The notes beneath the pieces are model-generated. The model worked only from the letters and a program-made list of their open reading frames with translations. It was not told the origin of the DNA and made no database searches. A DNA stretch of 64,000 nt from Eutreptiella sp. 'Long Island Sound 2002' (taxonomy: Eukaryota > Protista > Euglenida). Both the position numbers and the translations under genes were made by a program. This document shows positions 1 to 10,965 of this stretch, one piece after another (positions within the stretch are counted from its first letter, which is position 1; every line of letters begins with the position of its first letter). The stretch spans positions 185,938,001-186,002,000 of the forward strand of contig OZ038378.1 of NCBI GenBank assembly GCA_964036045.1, read 5' to 3'.

Positions 1-99
1 CACGTGCCCAAAGAATATGTGGAGCACCTCTTTCGCAAGGCCCTACGAGAGAACCAGCTAACGGCGTTGGAGAAACGGTGGCCGCGCACCTTCGTGAGC

Positions 100-1110
100 A
101 TGGGAGCCCGACTAGGCGCCCAGACATCCTTTACTCTTGAACATACGTTTGAGTTGGTCGTACATACCCCCCCCCCCCTTGCGCAAACACGGGCCAGGTT
201 CTGGTTCTAGGACCAGAAGTGCGGAAACACGGGGTCCCCGTGTTTGGACAAGCCCGTGTTAGCGCGCGGCACGTACTGCGGAACACAAGTTGCAGGCATA
301 GCCCAATCTTAACCCTCCCAACATGATAGCACAAGTCATTTTTCTTTAGCCACACAACTCAGGTGTCACTCAGTCATTTTCATTCTGATTGGCAGGCACT
401 GAATAGAACCCCTTGCCAACCTTCCGCTTCATCTTGAAGAGCTGGACATGCTTGCCTTTTGGGGCTAGCTTCGGGGCTGCCTTGGGAGCAGGCTTCGCGG
501 CTGGCTCAGGCACAGCCTTGAGTTTCGTACCCTTGGGAACAAAACTGTCATCCACGATGTCCATATTGACCCTTCCTGCATCCTGCACAAAGCTATAAAC
601 CACGTTCTCTATTGGATCAGAACCGAAAAAACGACGGTTCAAAAAAAGGACCGAAAGTGCGGAAACACGGGGTCGCCGTGTTTGGACAAGCCCGTGTTAG
701 CGCAAGGGGGGGGGGGTACCGCGGAAGGCACGCAGCACTCCCTCATCCATTCCCTGAATTTCCAGCAAAGCCATTGATATGGCCTGCAGTATTAAGTCGA
801 AGCATTTGGTAAAATCTGTTCCCGCCCCCACCAGCGGGGCGTCCAGCACCTGCGCCCGCTCCACCAGCAGCGTCAGCACCATGGCCGCATCCATGGCTCC
901 TTTGTGTGGCCTGAAGCCGTACCACTCCCAGTGGATCCACTGCTCTTGCCATTTCAGGGCATCCTCCATCCGTAGCCCTACCCTGGTCTGGGGGCATGGG
1001 GGTATAGAAGTATGTATGCGATAATAGTGATTTCTCATCTTTGCCAAGAAGAAAGTCTTAAGGGTCTTCAGGACCAAAGGCATAGTACCCCCTTCAAATA
1101 AGCATGGGGG
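100..1110 (-). pseudogene. Non-LTR retrotransposon (LINE) reverse transcriptase fragment, split by the MITE at 167-716
   Basis: ORF 697-1083 reads ...WYGFRPHKGAMDAAMVLTLLVERAQVLDAPLVGAGTDFTKCFDLI, matching the LINE RT GF...D..K.FD motifs. Removing 167-716 plus one TA joins it in frame as RAFRGMYDQLKRMFKSKGCLGA, followed by a stop. Confidence 0.75.
167..716. mobile_element. Non-autonomous Tc1/mariner-pogo-type element (MITE) with poly-C/G TIRs and TA target-site duplication
   Basis: Left end TA|C12-TTGCGCAAACACGGGC; right end GCCCGTGTTAGCGCAA-G11|TA. A ~55-bp direct repeat (GGACC..AAGTGCGGAAACACGGGGTC.CCGTGTTTGGACAAGCCCGTGTTAGCG) lies inside both ends (211-268 and 649-705). Confidence 0.8.
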
Positions 1111-1429
1111 GCAATGTTTGCCCGGCGCGCTACCTTTCTATTAACTATCTCGACTTCAGCCCGAGATTTACCCTCTGATGGAGAAGGCCCCCCAAATAGA
1201 CCATGATGGACTGCGCACCTTCCCTACAAAGCACATTGCAGAAATTAGACAATAGCTTTGAATTCAACAACTCCAAATGTCATTTGTATTGTACTTAACA
1301 AACGGTACTTTGCCTTTACCTTTCCCAAAGATTTCGCTACGGTAATGAGTCCCCAAGCCGTAAGTGGTTTGGACGGTGTTTCTGCCTCACGTCACAAGAA
1401 CGAAGCGCAAACTAAGTATTCGCTATATC

Positions 1430-1522
1430 ACCCCTGCCTTCTCGGGGTCCCCATGGTGGGGAGAAATCAATATGGCTACATTACCCCTGCTTTCTTGGGG
1501 TCCCCATGGTGGGGAGAAATCA
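1430..1522. repeat. Two ~53-bp tandem units (ACCCCTGC..TCT.GGGGTCCCCATGGTGGGGAGAAATCAA)
   Basis: Direct duplication visible at 1430 and 1483. Confidence 0.7.
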
Positions 1523-3670
1523 ACCTAGTAAGGAGTAGATGTGGTGGAAACGAGCAAAAAATGGAAGAAAATTGGTAAAACTGGGTAAGAATCCAAATAT
1601 ACCATATCCCGAATGTGAAAGAAGCATCAAATACCCGTTGTCAAACAACAATAATGCCCACAGTATCACAAAGTATGGGGTTCCAGGACGGCGAGACGTC
1701 CAAATAGTTGCAGTGCACCGCCTAAATGGTCACCGGTGGGGCACGGGTCAAAAAAGATGCCCAGTGCGCGCCCGGCACGCTAATGCTCCCCCTGGGACAA
1801 AAATTTTGGCGCCATTGGCGCCATGGCCCTTGCACCGCTATCTTTCAAACCTCGAGAGAGGGCAATCTTTCAAACCTCGGGGGGGGGGGGTTGCATACAA
1901 GGACCGCCCGGGGTCATGTCCCCACGAAAATGCAACATAAGATGTCCCCATCAGAGGCATTTGTATCTGCTAAAACATATCATGGAGTCGGCCAGTCAAA
2001 CAAGCTTCTTGGAAAAGAGCAAAGCAACACAGAAGCAGCACAGGACATTCCTCAAAAGGGCTCAGAGTGAATAAGAGTGTATTGTTAAATGACCAGAGCA
2101 GACTTGGAGAATCACATCCACTGCATTTGGATGCATACAATTGCATTGTCAGGGTTCCGAGATATCACCAAATGAACCTTGTTTTATGCTTATTTTTTTT
2201 TTGCAGTTGATGTGTTGATTGAACACTGAACGCAAGGTCCAAAGATGCACGATTGGTAGTGTACAAGTTGCACTGGTCTCGATACACACAAATATGATTT
2301 GTTACTGTCTTAAAAATTATGCAAGGTTCGTGTACATGTTTTGCATGCAAATATGCTCGGTGGCATCAAAGGTGCAAAATGTATGAAACTGTATGATATG
2401 CTCGCATGGAATGTCCACAGGTATGGCGGTGACCACCAAATCCGGGTGGTCGTTGCATGCCCGTTGGTGAGCAGCCAGCAGCAGTTGGTGGCAAACCGAG
2501 TTGCAGAGTGGTGGTTCAAGAAGCACGACACACTGCTGGCAATAAACTGCCACCAGCTACTTGTAGGCTGGCCCTACCGTAGTGCAGACCACTATTTGAC
2601 ATGAAAGAGAGACATCTGTTTCCCTTGTTTGGGCATCATGCACCCCATCCATGCACCTCTCTGCAAAACACTTCTGTTTCTTGATTTTTGTGTTTTTTTT
2701 TGGGAGGGGGGTGTCCAGGCCCAGGTAAGCTGGCGGTGCCCTCTTGCCACATGGTCCTTGAAAAAAATCTCGGACTCAAGGATCCGAGCTGTCCGACACT
2801 ATGATTGTCCCATAATGCAAGGTGGTAGCAGGCATTTGTTTCTTGTTCTTTTTTTCCTGGCCCAGTAGACGATTGTGGAGGGCGTCTTTGACCGCCGCTT
2901 AAAGTGATATCAACAAACGGCGTTAGGGGCACCGCTGTGTGCGTGCCAGTGATGCAGTGTACGTTGCATGCGGCCCGCCTACAAGGACAGTAAAACTGGT
3001 CCTGGTTGCCATCAGGCCTTGTTGTCGTTTTATATCGGCGCAAATGTGCATGATAACGCTCGCCAGAAAAGTTCCATACAAATAATGAGTATGATACCAC
3101 CAAGCAGACTTTCCATCTAAACATGCCTTTCCATGGAGCATGGCACTGTTTGCACCAACACGCACGGTGCCTTCCAGCGCGAGTGATATTGTCCTTTGTG
3201 ACTCCCTTTGTATGTGTTCAGTTTTTCGAATGGTGTCATACAGAGTTTCGAGTCCACGAAGTACTCCGGAACAACCGCGGAATCATGTGCACATATGGTA
3301 TAATACAGCCCGTACCCTACAGTATGAGTGTGTTGTGGTGCCTTCCACTGAGAGTGACGTTGCCGTACCTGAGTCAAAATGTAGAATGTCAACGGTAGAT
3401 CTGACAACAGTCTCAGCGATTCCGAGGTGCTGCAACCTGCGCCCTTGGGTGGCGTCGATGGATGCACATCCCCAGAATCTCTGTCCCATCTCTGTCGAAA
3501 GGTCCGAACAGACCTACCCGATGACTCCGAGACCTCAAAGAAACACCGCAATGTCCCTTCGCACAACTGCATCGTACTGGGGTGTGTGCCACAATTCCCT
3601 TGTTGATTTGCGGATTGAGCCCGACGGTCTGTATCTTTTGAGTTTCCACAATTAATATACTGGACTGCAA

Positions 3671-3790
3671 CGCACTCCTTTTTTTTTTTGGTTCAGACTA
3701 AGATGAGCTGGCGTAGCCTGCGCACTCCTTTTTTTTTTTGGTTCAGACTAAGATGAGCTGGCGTAGCCTGCGCACTCCTTTTTTTTTTTG
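3671..3790. repeat. 50-bp tandem repeat, about 2.4 copies
   Basis: CGCACTCCT(n)GGTTCAGACTAAGATGAGCTGGCGTAGCCTG units start at 3671, 3721 and 3771. Confidence 0.85.
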
Positions 3791-4475
3791 CGATAAAATG
3801 GACCGGCACATGTTCTGTAGTGTACACAGTACCGGCCTGGCCCCGGTCGAACGACCAGTTGCCGGCAGGTACAGTTCCCCTTTTCAAAACAATTTTACTG
3901 GATGGGGGGTCCAGGCCATGGTAAGCTGGCGAAGCCCTCACCAGATGGCACTCCAGACAAAAACCATTTTGCTTCCCACTCCACTGCAAGGCACCCTGCA
4001 TTTGAAATCCCGCCAGATGAACCCCAGATTCCTCCTGATGCTTTGGAAACCCACCCAAGTGCCTTCTGCACGAGCATCCTTCATGCCCAAAAAAGTGCTG
4101 GGCCCCAGTACGATTAGACCTCAGTAGCCAACCACTCCATGCCAGTGGGTGCCACTCAACGCTCGTCCATTGAAGATCGAACAGCATCACAGCCACACTC
4201 ACTGCTGTTGGCATGCCCTCCCAGAGGTGTACGCTCACTCTTGTCCGGCACGGACAGGTTCAGGAAACCGGCGGTAAGAGATGGGGTCTCTGTGTTTCGA
4301 CAATGACTTGCTTTCGTGTGACACGCACATACAAGTAACTGTATAAGCTGCCATCGGAAGAACAACGGGAATCGGCAATGGCTACCACCCTCTGGACGGA
4401 ACCCCCCCCCCTTTTGAGCAATAACACCCAAAGTGATGGAAACGCCCCATCGTACTTAGACAAGGGTGCTGCCTA

Positions 4476-4600
4476 CCCCGGCCCTGCCTGCGCAAGCAGG
4501 GGCGCAAGCACTGCCAAACCAAACTCAGGCAAAACGACGGTCAGGCGGCACCCCGTGCCTAGGCAGGGCCGTACTTGCACAAGGCAGGGGGGGGGGGGGG
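4476..4600. mobile_element. Degenerate poly-C/G-TIR MITE related to 167-716 and 31335-31510
   Basis: Begins TA|CCCCGGCCCTGCCTGCGCAAGCA. Ends CCCCGTGCCTAGGCAGGGCCGTACTTGCACAAGGCA-G14, similar to the right end of the 31335 copy. Confidence 0.45.
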
Positions 4601-4624
4601 CAGGCACTGTGTCCTGCAGACTCG

Positions 4625-6900
4625 AGACATGACCCAGGCCTCTGAAAATGCTTCAAGACACCATCCGCTTCCATAACACAAGCATGACCACTCAGCAAAC
4701 AATTTCGGGGCACCGCGCCCACAGACACAGCAACTTGCCATCGATAAACAAGGACAACAAACCGCCCTATCCATGGCGCGGCAAGCAACACCACTATGTA
4801 ACAAGTGGCGCTGCTTTGGCAATAAAACTGCTCGGGCAAGGGGTCAGGATGCATGCACAGGCTATGGAAAAGGACATGCACCCTGAACCCTCCGGTGGAT
4901 TGCAACCGGAGCGCACTGCACTGGAGGATGTGTACCCCAGCCTGAATGGGCTCGATGTCCGGGGGTGCGAATGTGGAGTCACGATGGTCAGTGAGTGTCC
5001 GAGGTGGGGTGTCAGACGGTTGGCGAACAATGGGCGATCCTGACTGTATGTGCAGTACCATCACCCACCCGTGTCCAGCCCCCACTGCGGGAAGCAGATG
5101 AGACGACCCGTGTACCCTGGGGGCACAAAGTGGGAGCAAGGAAAGGCAAAAGTCAACAAAAAGAAGATCACGAGTGACGTGTCAGAGGCGCCTTTCACGA
5201 AAAAAAAAAATCAGACACTCAGCTCCCCCCCGTCTCCTAGAACCCCAGGGGAGGGGGGGGGGGGGGCGGGGCAGGGCACCACCAATGTGTCCTTTTTTGT
5301 TTGCCGGGCCTGCACACACCCGAGGGTATATTCATGCCAGGCACTCGGGAAGAGCATTCGGGACTCTACATCAGCAGTGTTACCTGCAACCATCTGTGTA
5401 AATGGGTGACCCATTGCTGGTTGCTGGTTGCGGCCGAGAAGTCGCAGGCTTCCCTGGTATCTGATGATGCGGGGGGCACCATGAATGTGTCCAGGGAAGT
5501 TGCTGAGTGGCTACTGACCCAGGGAGAACAGCATCACCTGTGGTGCAATTAAAATTGGCATACCTCCCGGGCGGCTGGGGACCAGGATCCATGGCCTTGA
5601 GGGTGCCTCCCGCACGCCGCGCGCACCGCACGTTCTGCAAAATTCAAGCCTGCTGGAGATCGCCCCAGGACTTGAAACACAGGGTCACGGTGGCTTGCAG
5701 TGCCCACAGGCAACAGGGGCCAGGGCCGCACACAACCGCGCACACCCTCATTCACGGTGCCCACTGTGCACACCGCGTGGGGGGCACCCTCCATGAAAAC
5801 CATGCACCCGAATGCCCCGACCATTGAACAGTGAGTGGTGACCATCAGTTATACGCAGTGTGTGAGATATTCACGGTGAGCAGGGATACACAACAGGAGC
5901 AGCTCAGATGCAGTAAAGAGCCATCAGTGCCTTGAGTGTGAGTTCTGGCATTAACAAAGGTCATGGTCCCCCAGGGGGGGGGGGGGGCTGGGATGGGGTG
6001 GGACGAAACTGGGCCATGAATTCATTCAAATGCTGCTCAAACTGCGACGGGACATGGGGGGCATGTCAGGTATGATACAACACGGCGGACACGCTCCATT
6101 TTGAGTCCGTACCCCCAGGGGCATGTCTGTTATTCCAGGGTGTCTGGACGAGTCTGACAGTTATTGATACAACATTGGGGAAATTGTCCTATTGGTCCTC
6201 AGGCCCAGGCGTTTTTTACACCTACTATACCTTGACCTACTACTTGACAGGCCTTGACTAGCCTTGATATAACATGGTGAGCGCATGGACGGCGCACAGC
6301 GCACCTCCTGTGTCGGTGGGCCAAACAGGCAAAGGTGTATTGGCCGCAACGGCACCAGTCTGCATATTTACAAGCCACATTCAACCAGGCCAAGATGGAA
6401 GATGATGAGTTGCACATATATGAATGGGGGCTGACAACACATGGCCAACCGAAAGCCTGCAAGGGGGTCTGCAGGAGTCGAATGCATGCGTGTGCTCCCT
6501 AATAGTGGGCGACACCCCCCCATTTGTGAGGGATGCACACTTGACAAGGTCTGATTCGTATGCAATGTCTTTTTCTCTTTGTGCAAGCGACAGATTGGCT
6601 TGGAGCCAGGTCCAAGCAAGCCCCTCCAGTTGCGCAAGAACGGCCAAAGTCAGTGAACAATGGTTAGAAAGGGATTGCATGCTTGACAAAGCCGTGCTTA
6701 TGCACAACCCACAGGCCAGCAGGCAGGTTGGGGCGTTGGCCGCGAGCCGACCAGCGATGGAGGTGCGCTGTCACTCCATCGTTGACATACTTACCGCAAT
6801 TACAAGAAGTCTATGTGTGTGCCGCCCAAAGAATTTCAATTCATGCTCAAACTGCGAGGTTCAACAAGGCTGCTACTACGGTCATCAGCAAAACCATGAA
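4625..6900. mobile_element. Scrambled, degenerate LINE-like ORF fragments on both strands
   Basis: Several short open frames (4648-5043 +, 5549-5845 -, 6381-6707 -) have a protein-like look resembling non-LTR ORF2 C-terminal regions. There is no intact catalytic motif; assignment is by resemblance only. Confidence 0.25.
5198..5222 (-). other. Spliced-leader-like motif (CTGAGTGTCTGATTTTTTTTTTTCG)
   Basis: Exact match to nt 6-15 of the Euglena SL (ACTTTCTGAGTGTCTATTTTTTTTCG), then an extra G, A, T11 and CG. Confidence 0.5.
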
Positions 6901-7611
6901 TTCGGAGTTCTGATGCCTCGCTAGCAGGCTGGGCACATCACAACAACATTTGCTGGAACCCACGTTCGGCCAAGTGGACTGGGATGCAGTGTCAATGCTT
7001 TCACAAGTAAAGTGAAAGCAACTCTGCAAGGCATGACACAGCCCCTCAGCCCCACTACAACCGGCTCACAGCCATGCTATTGTGCATTCCAGTCACAAAA
7101 AGGACAGTCAGACAGGATTGCTGTGCTCATACAAGGCCATGCTAGCGAAAGGGGGAAGGGCATACACAAATTAAGCAGCAAAAAGAGGCAACATACGCAA
7201 AGAACTCCACCACCGGCGGGTGGCATGCAAGGTAGGGGGAAGAATGACCCCAGAGGGCGACCCAAAGAGTCCCACACAAATGGCCGGCGGGCTCCAAACA
7301 CCTGGGGCCATGACTACGGTCCTGCTTTTTGGCGCCCTGCCGAGCAACCAAGAAAAAGTGGGATGGGAGAGGATGGCTCTGGGGGTGCCCACCCCAAGGC
7401 CCCACCGTCCACAAGGTCCAGGTTCCACAACCTGCCACTAGTTTCCAAGCACAAACAGCGATGAGGACGGGGGTCAATGAGCCATGAACAACAGCTTATT
7501 TCAGGGCATCGCAAGTTCTCAGACTGCGGAGCGCTGTCCTGCTGGAGTCAAGATTCGCAGGGACATGAATTCCGGGACATGAACAGCACTCTGGTGAAGC
7601 CTCAGGCTCCC

Positions 7612-7830
7612 ACCCCCCCCCTGACCACGAGAGGTCTCGTCTTCGCTTGTCTCAGAGGCCAAAATAATTGGTTAAAAACTCTCTATTCATATCCTTTCCA
7701 GTTGTCCCCAGTGTGATGCCGATGTTGAAAGAAGAAAAATTGGTCCTAAAAATGTTTTTCGGACATTCCCAGCTCATAAGCCAAGGATTGTTAGCGCCAA
7801 AAAAAAAAAAACAGTCAGAAAGTGCTGTCT
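7612..7830. mobile_element. Probable MITE with short C-run/G-run ends
   Basis: Starts with a C-run then TGA, ends TCAAGAGGGGG. AT-rich interior. Carries a partial SL-like motif on the minus strand at 7795-7823. Confidence 0.3.
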
Positions 7831-8535
7831 CAAGAGGGGGCACACATGACAGTCTGTGTGAAGTAAGGCAACACACTTCACATCGGGGTACCAGGGCACC
7901 TGGATTGCTGTGACGAGTGTTTTCAGGAGGATAATACGGGGGCCTCAGGGAGCCACAATCGACTCTCTGTCCATGAGGGACGCGAAGACACAGGGGGGTG
8001 TATGATTGGTGCCTGCACAGTGCTTGATTGTTTTAATACATCAAGCCTGTGCTGAGTGGCAGTAAGGCGCTCGGGCTGACTGCCCGGTCTCTACACCAGT
8101 GCTGCATGGCACAGTGCAGTCACGCGATGAATCGTGTGCCCCGTGGGGAGAACATGGAGTTGTGCCTGCAGGTTACTCTGGGGTAAGGTAGTGCAGCGAC
8201 TGCAACTCTGAAGCAACCCAAAATCAATCTGTTGCATATATAGTCGGGAAAACTAGTTGCCAGGGTTGTAATGGAAATGTTGCGTCAGATCTAGCGGAAA
8301 AAGATTCGCAAAATTCAGGCAGTGTGGCTAACCGGCATGTCTCCTACAGAGGTGTGGCGCGCATGCACGTGTGCTGTGTGTTTTGCTTGCGTGTGTGCAC
8401 CTAAGTGAATCATGCATCGTGTATTGGGTTAGGGATGGTTGGCCGCAGCCTGTCTAGGAAATGCCTCACCACTGGAATTGGTTGGCGCTTGTGGTGTTTG
8501 GGTGTGTGTGCGCCAAATCAAGCACTATCCAGGCA

Positions 8536-8558
8536 TTCTGACTGTCTAATTTTTTTCG
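8536..8558 (+). other. Spliced-leader-like motif (TTCTGACTGTCTAATTTTTTTCG)
   Basis: 21 of 23 positions match nt 4-26 of the Euglena SL without gaps. It is not followed directly by a GT donor. Confidence 0.55.
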
Positions 8559-8899
8559 GGTGTCCATTTCTTTTCCGCAAAAATGACCAGCCACCTGCCA
8601 CCCTAGTATTTCCTATGCTTTTTGTGCTGGGGAGGGTTCGGGGGGGGGGGGGGGTACCTGGATGCCCCCAAGTGCCCATGTAAATGCGCTCATGCCGTGT
8701 TACGTGCTTCCCATAGGTGGCCACAAGTTGAGACGAAACCATGACTGCCAAAAACAGGGCAAGGAAGGAAATCATATTTAGGAGCAATAGTCCATGGGGC
8801 TTCTACCCATTCCAGCCCCCAAACTCACCCAAGGGGCAAGTCGCGCGGGTTTCTGGAGAGCTGCCGCCCTGTATGACAAGAGGCTCCCCCCTCCGTCCT

Positions 8900-10965
8900 T
8901 TATGTTGCCTCACGTGAGGCCCGTCCATGCTTCATGAGCCCCTCCGCGCTGTTGGGAGACAGAGCACCCTCCTGCATGCTGTACAGCATGGTGGAGTGTC
9001 GTGCATGGGGGTCACGAACCCATCCCTGGCCTTGTCGGGCCATGCCAGGCAATTCCGTGCAGAGACGCTGTGCTCCGCGAAGAGAGGGAAAGGTAAAGGG
9101 GTTAGGGGGCCACTCCCCCACGGAGGGTGGGGTAGAGTACTGGACTTCGTACTGACCCATGTCCTCATCGCACTCACGATGAGTGCTGCCCGCTCGCGAG
9201 GCAGACATCACGCTCTCAAAAAGTGGCGCCAGCAGGGTGGGGGGCAGATCGGGGGGGGTAGAACACCGGACGGCATATCTCTCGGGGACGACGCTGTTCC
9301 TGCCAACTTTCTGGGTTTTCGCGGGTTGGCGACCTTGTTGCCTCATTTTTGCCAACTGAGTGTTCCGGAGGTAGGGGTATGTGGGGCATATTCGGAAAGC
9401 CCTTGAAAAGGGCTATTTGGGACACCCCAGGTCTGCATGCTGGACTGACGACATGTCTGAGATTTTCGTCCGTTTCGGACGGTGCATGTGTTGCTTGCTG
9501 CCTCTTTTTGTTAACAGGCAGCTGCCATGTCCTCATACAAATTTACACCACGGGCTGTTGCTTCCCCGGACGCACCACAAAAGCCTTTGGCGCGCAAAAG
9601 GGCTCGCTCTGGGGGTGCACAGTGGGTGCGGGTGGCTCGACATGAGCCCGGTAGCCAGGCAAAAAATCCCCGTAGCCCCCGCTCACAGCCACCCGCATGC
9701 TCCCACAAGGAGCACGACATTCTGACGACCGCTGAGGCCACCGCTTTTGCTGCCCAGTTTTGGGATCAAAAGATGCACCCCACCAAGGCTTCGCAACATG
9801 AATTTTTGGCCACATGCATTGACGTTGATGTGGAGAAAAAAGTGAAGTACAACAATTACGAAAAGCAATGCTGACAGTGACAGTGATTTTGAATAAAAAT
9901 GGATAAACGGTGCAGTGCCGTGTTTGTGTGCACCGTCCCATGTGTTGTGCTGCCCTGAAAAATGTCAAGCCCTCCCCCCCAAACCCATACATTTCTGAAA
10001 CGGCGTTTTCTTGCACATTTCAAAAAGTATACACATACCCCCCCCCAGGTGACGACATGTTTGCACACAAAAGCAAAAGTTGTAGAAAGTGCCGAAAAGT
10101 GCCAAAACCCAGAAAGTTGGCAGGTTATGAATGTCCCCGAGAGATATTGTTGCACGTCCTCATCAGACGCACTCTGAGTGCTGTCCCTTCGCGGGGTAGA
10201 CATGGCGCTCTCAAATAGGGGCGCCAGCAGGACAGGGGGCAGGTGTGGTGAATCCTGCTGTCGGTCAGACCCCCCCCCTGGTGTGCATGCGGGCGACCAA
10301 TGCTCTGGGGACACGTGCCGCACTGAGTGCCAACTGGAAGTCACCGCCGGCGACCATGCCGGAGATGGCGAGAATTGCCCTGGCCTACTCAGCACCCGCG
10401 GAGACGGGGTGCTAGTTACGTTGAACCCCATCGGAGGGCCGGTGGGCAGGACGGCGGTGCGTGAAGTCCGCGCGTTGGGCCGTGGTTCCCTTCGGGGCTG
10501 TAGCGGTTGTGGCCTTGCTTGAGGCATTCGGATCTGCTGCAACATCCTTGCTATCCCCGGGGGGATGTCGCGTCCCTTATCGTGTGGAGGCTGCTCCGGG
10601 CTTCGTATCGGTAGTGGGGTGCGCTGCCCCTCTGGGGTGCTTACCACCACTATGCGTGACGCACGCTCAGGAGTGATAGCTCCTGTGAGCTGTAGGTATG
10701 AGAGCGCATGCCTGGACATGGGGAGGGGAGCTCCGGCTGGGCTCCCGTGACGGTCTGGGGCCTCCAGGGCCGTATGTGACCGCGCATCCCCTTGCTGTAG
10801 CTGGGGTCGCTTGCGCCGTGGGCTCCCCGGCCGTTCTGTGACCGACTGTCGCCTTTTGACCCCTCGGGGCACCCGCGCAGGTGGTGCCCTACGCCGTGAC
10901 TTCCTCAGCGCCGGGTTCCCTGACCGGTGAACAGATCGGGCCCTGGGAGCGCGTGTGCGGGGCAC
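8900..10965 (-). pseudogene. Reconstructable 398-aa Pro/Ser/Arg-rich ORF, probably TE-derived, interrupted by the element at 9278-10144
   Basis: Removing 9278-10144 and one TA fuses ORF 9856-10965 to ORF 8900-9355 in frame (...DEDVQQY-AVRCSTPPDL...). It contains an internal ~45-aa repeat, LPP.LLAPLFES.MS..R..ST....DED..QY. Confidence 0.55.
9278..10144. mobile_element. TA-flanked TIR DNA transposon derivative, 867 bp
   Basis: Left end TA|TCTCTCGGGGAC...CCTGCCAACTTTCTGGGTTTT; right end AAAACCCAGAAAGTTGGCAGG...GTCCCCGAGAGA|TA. An inverted copy of its right-end region occurs at 63873-64000. Confidence 0.8.

Noticed and set aside
3671-3790. Regular repeats resembling a CRISPR array (also 38652-38813 and 59711-59848)
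   Set aside because: Units are contiguous with no unique spacers, there are no cas genes, and the context is eukaryotic.
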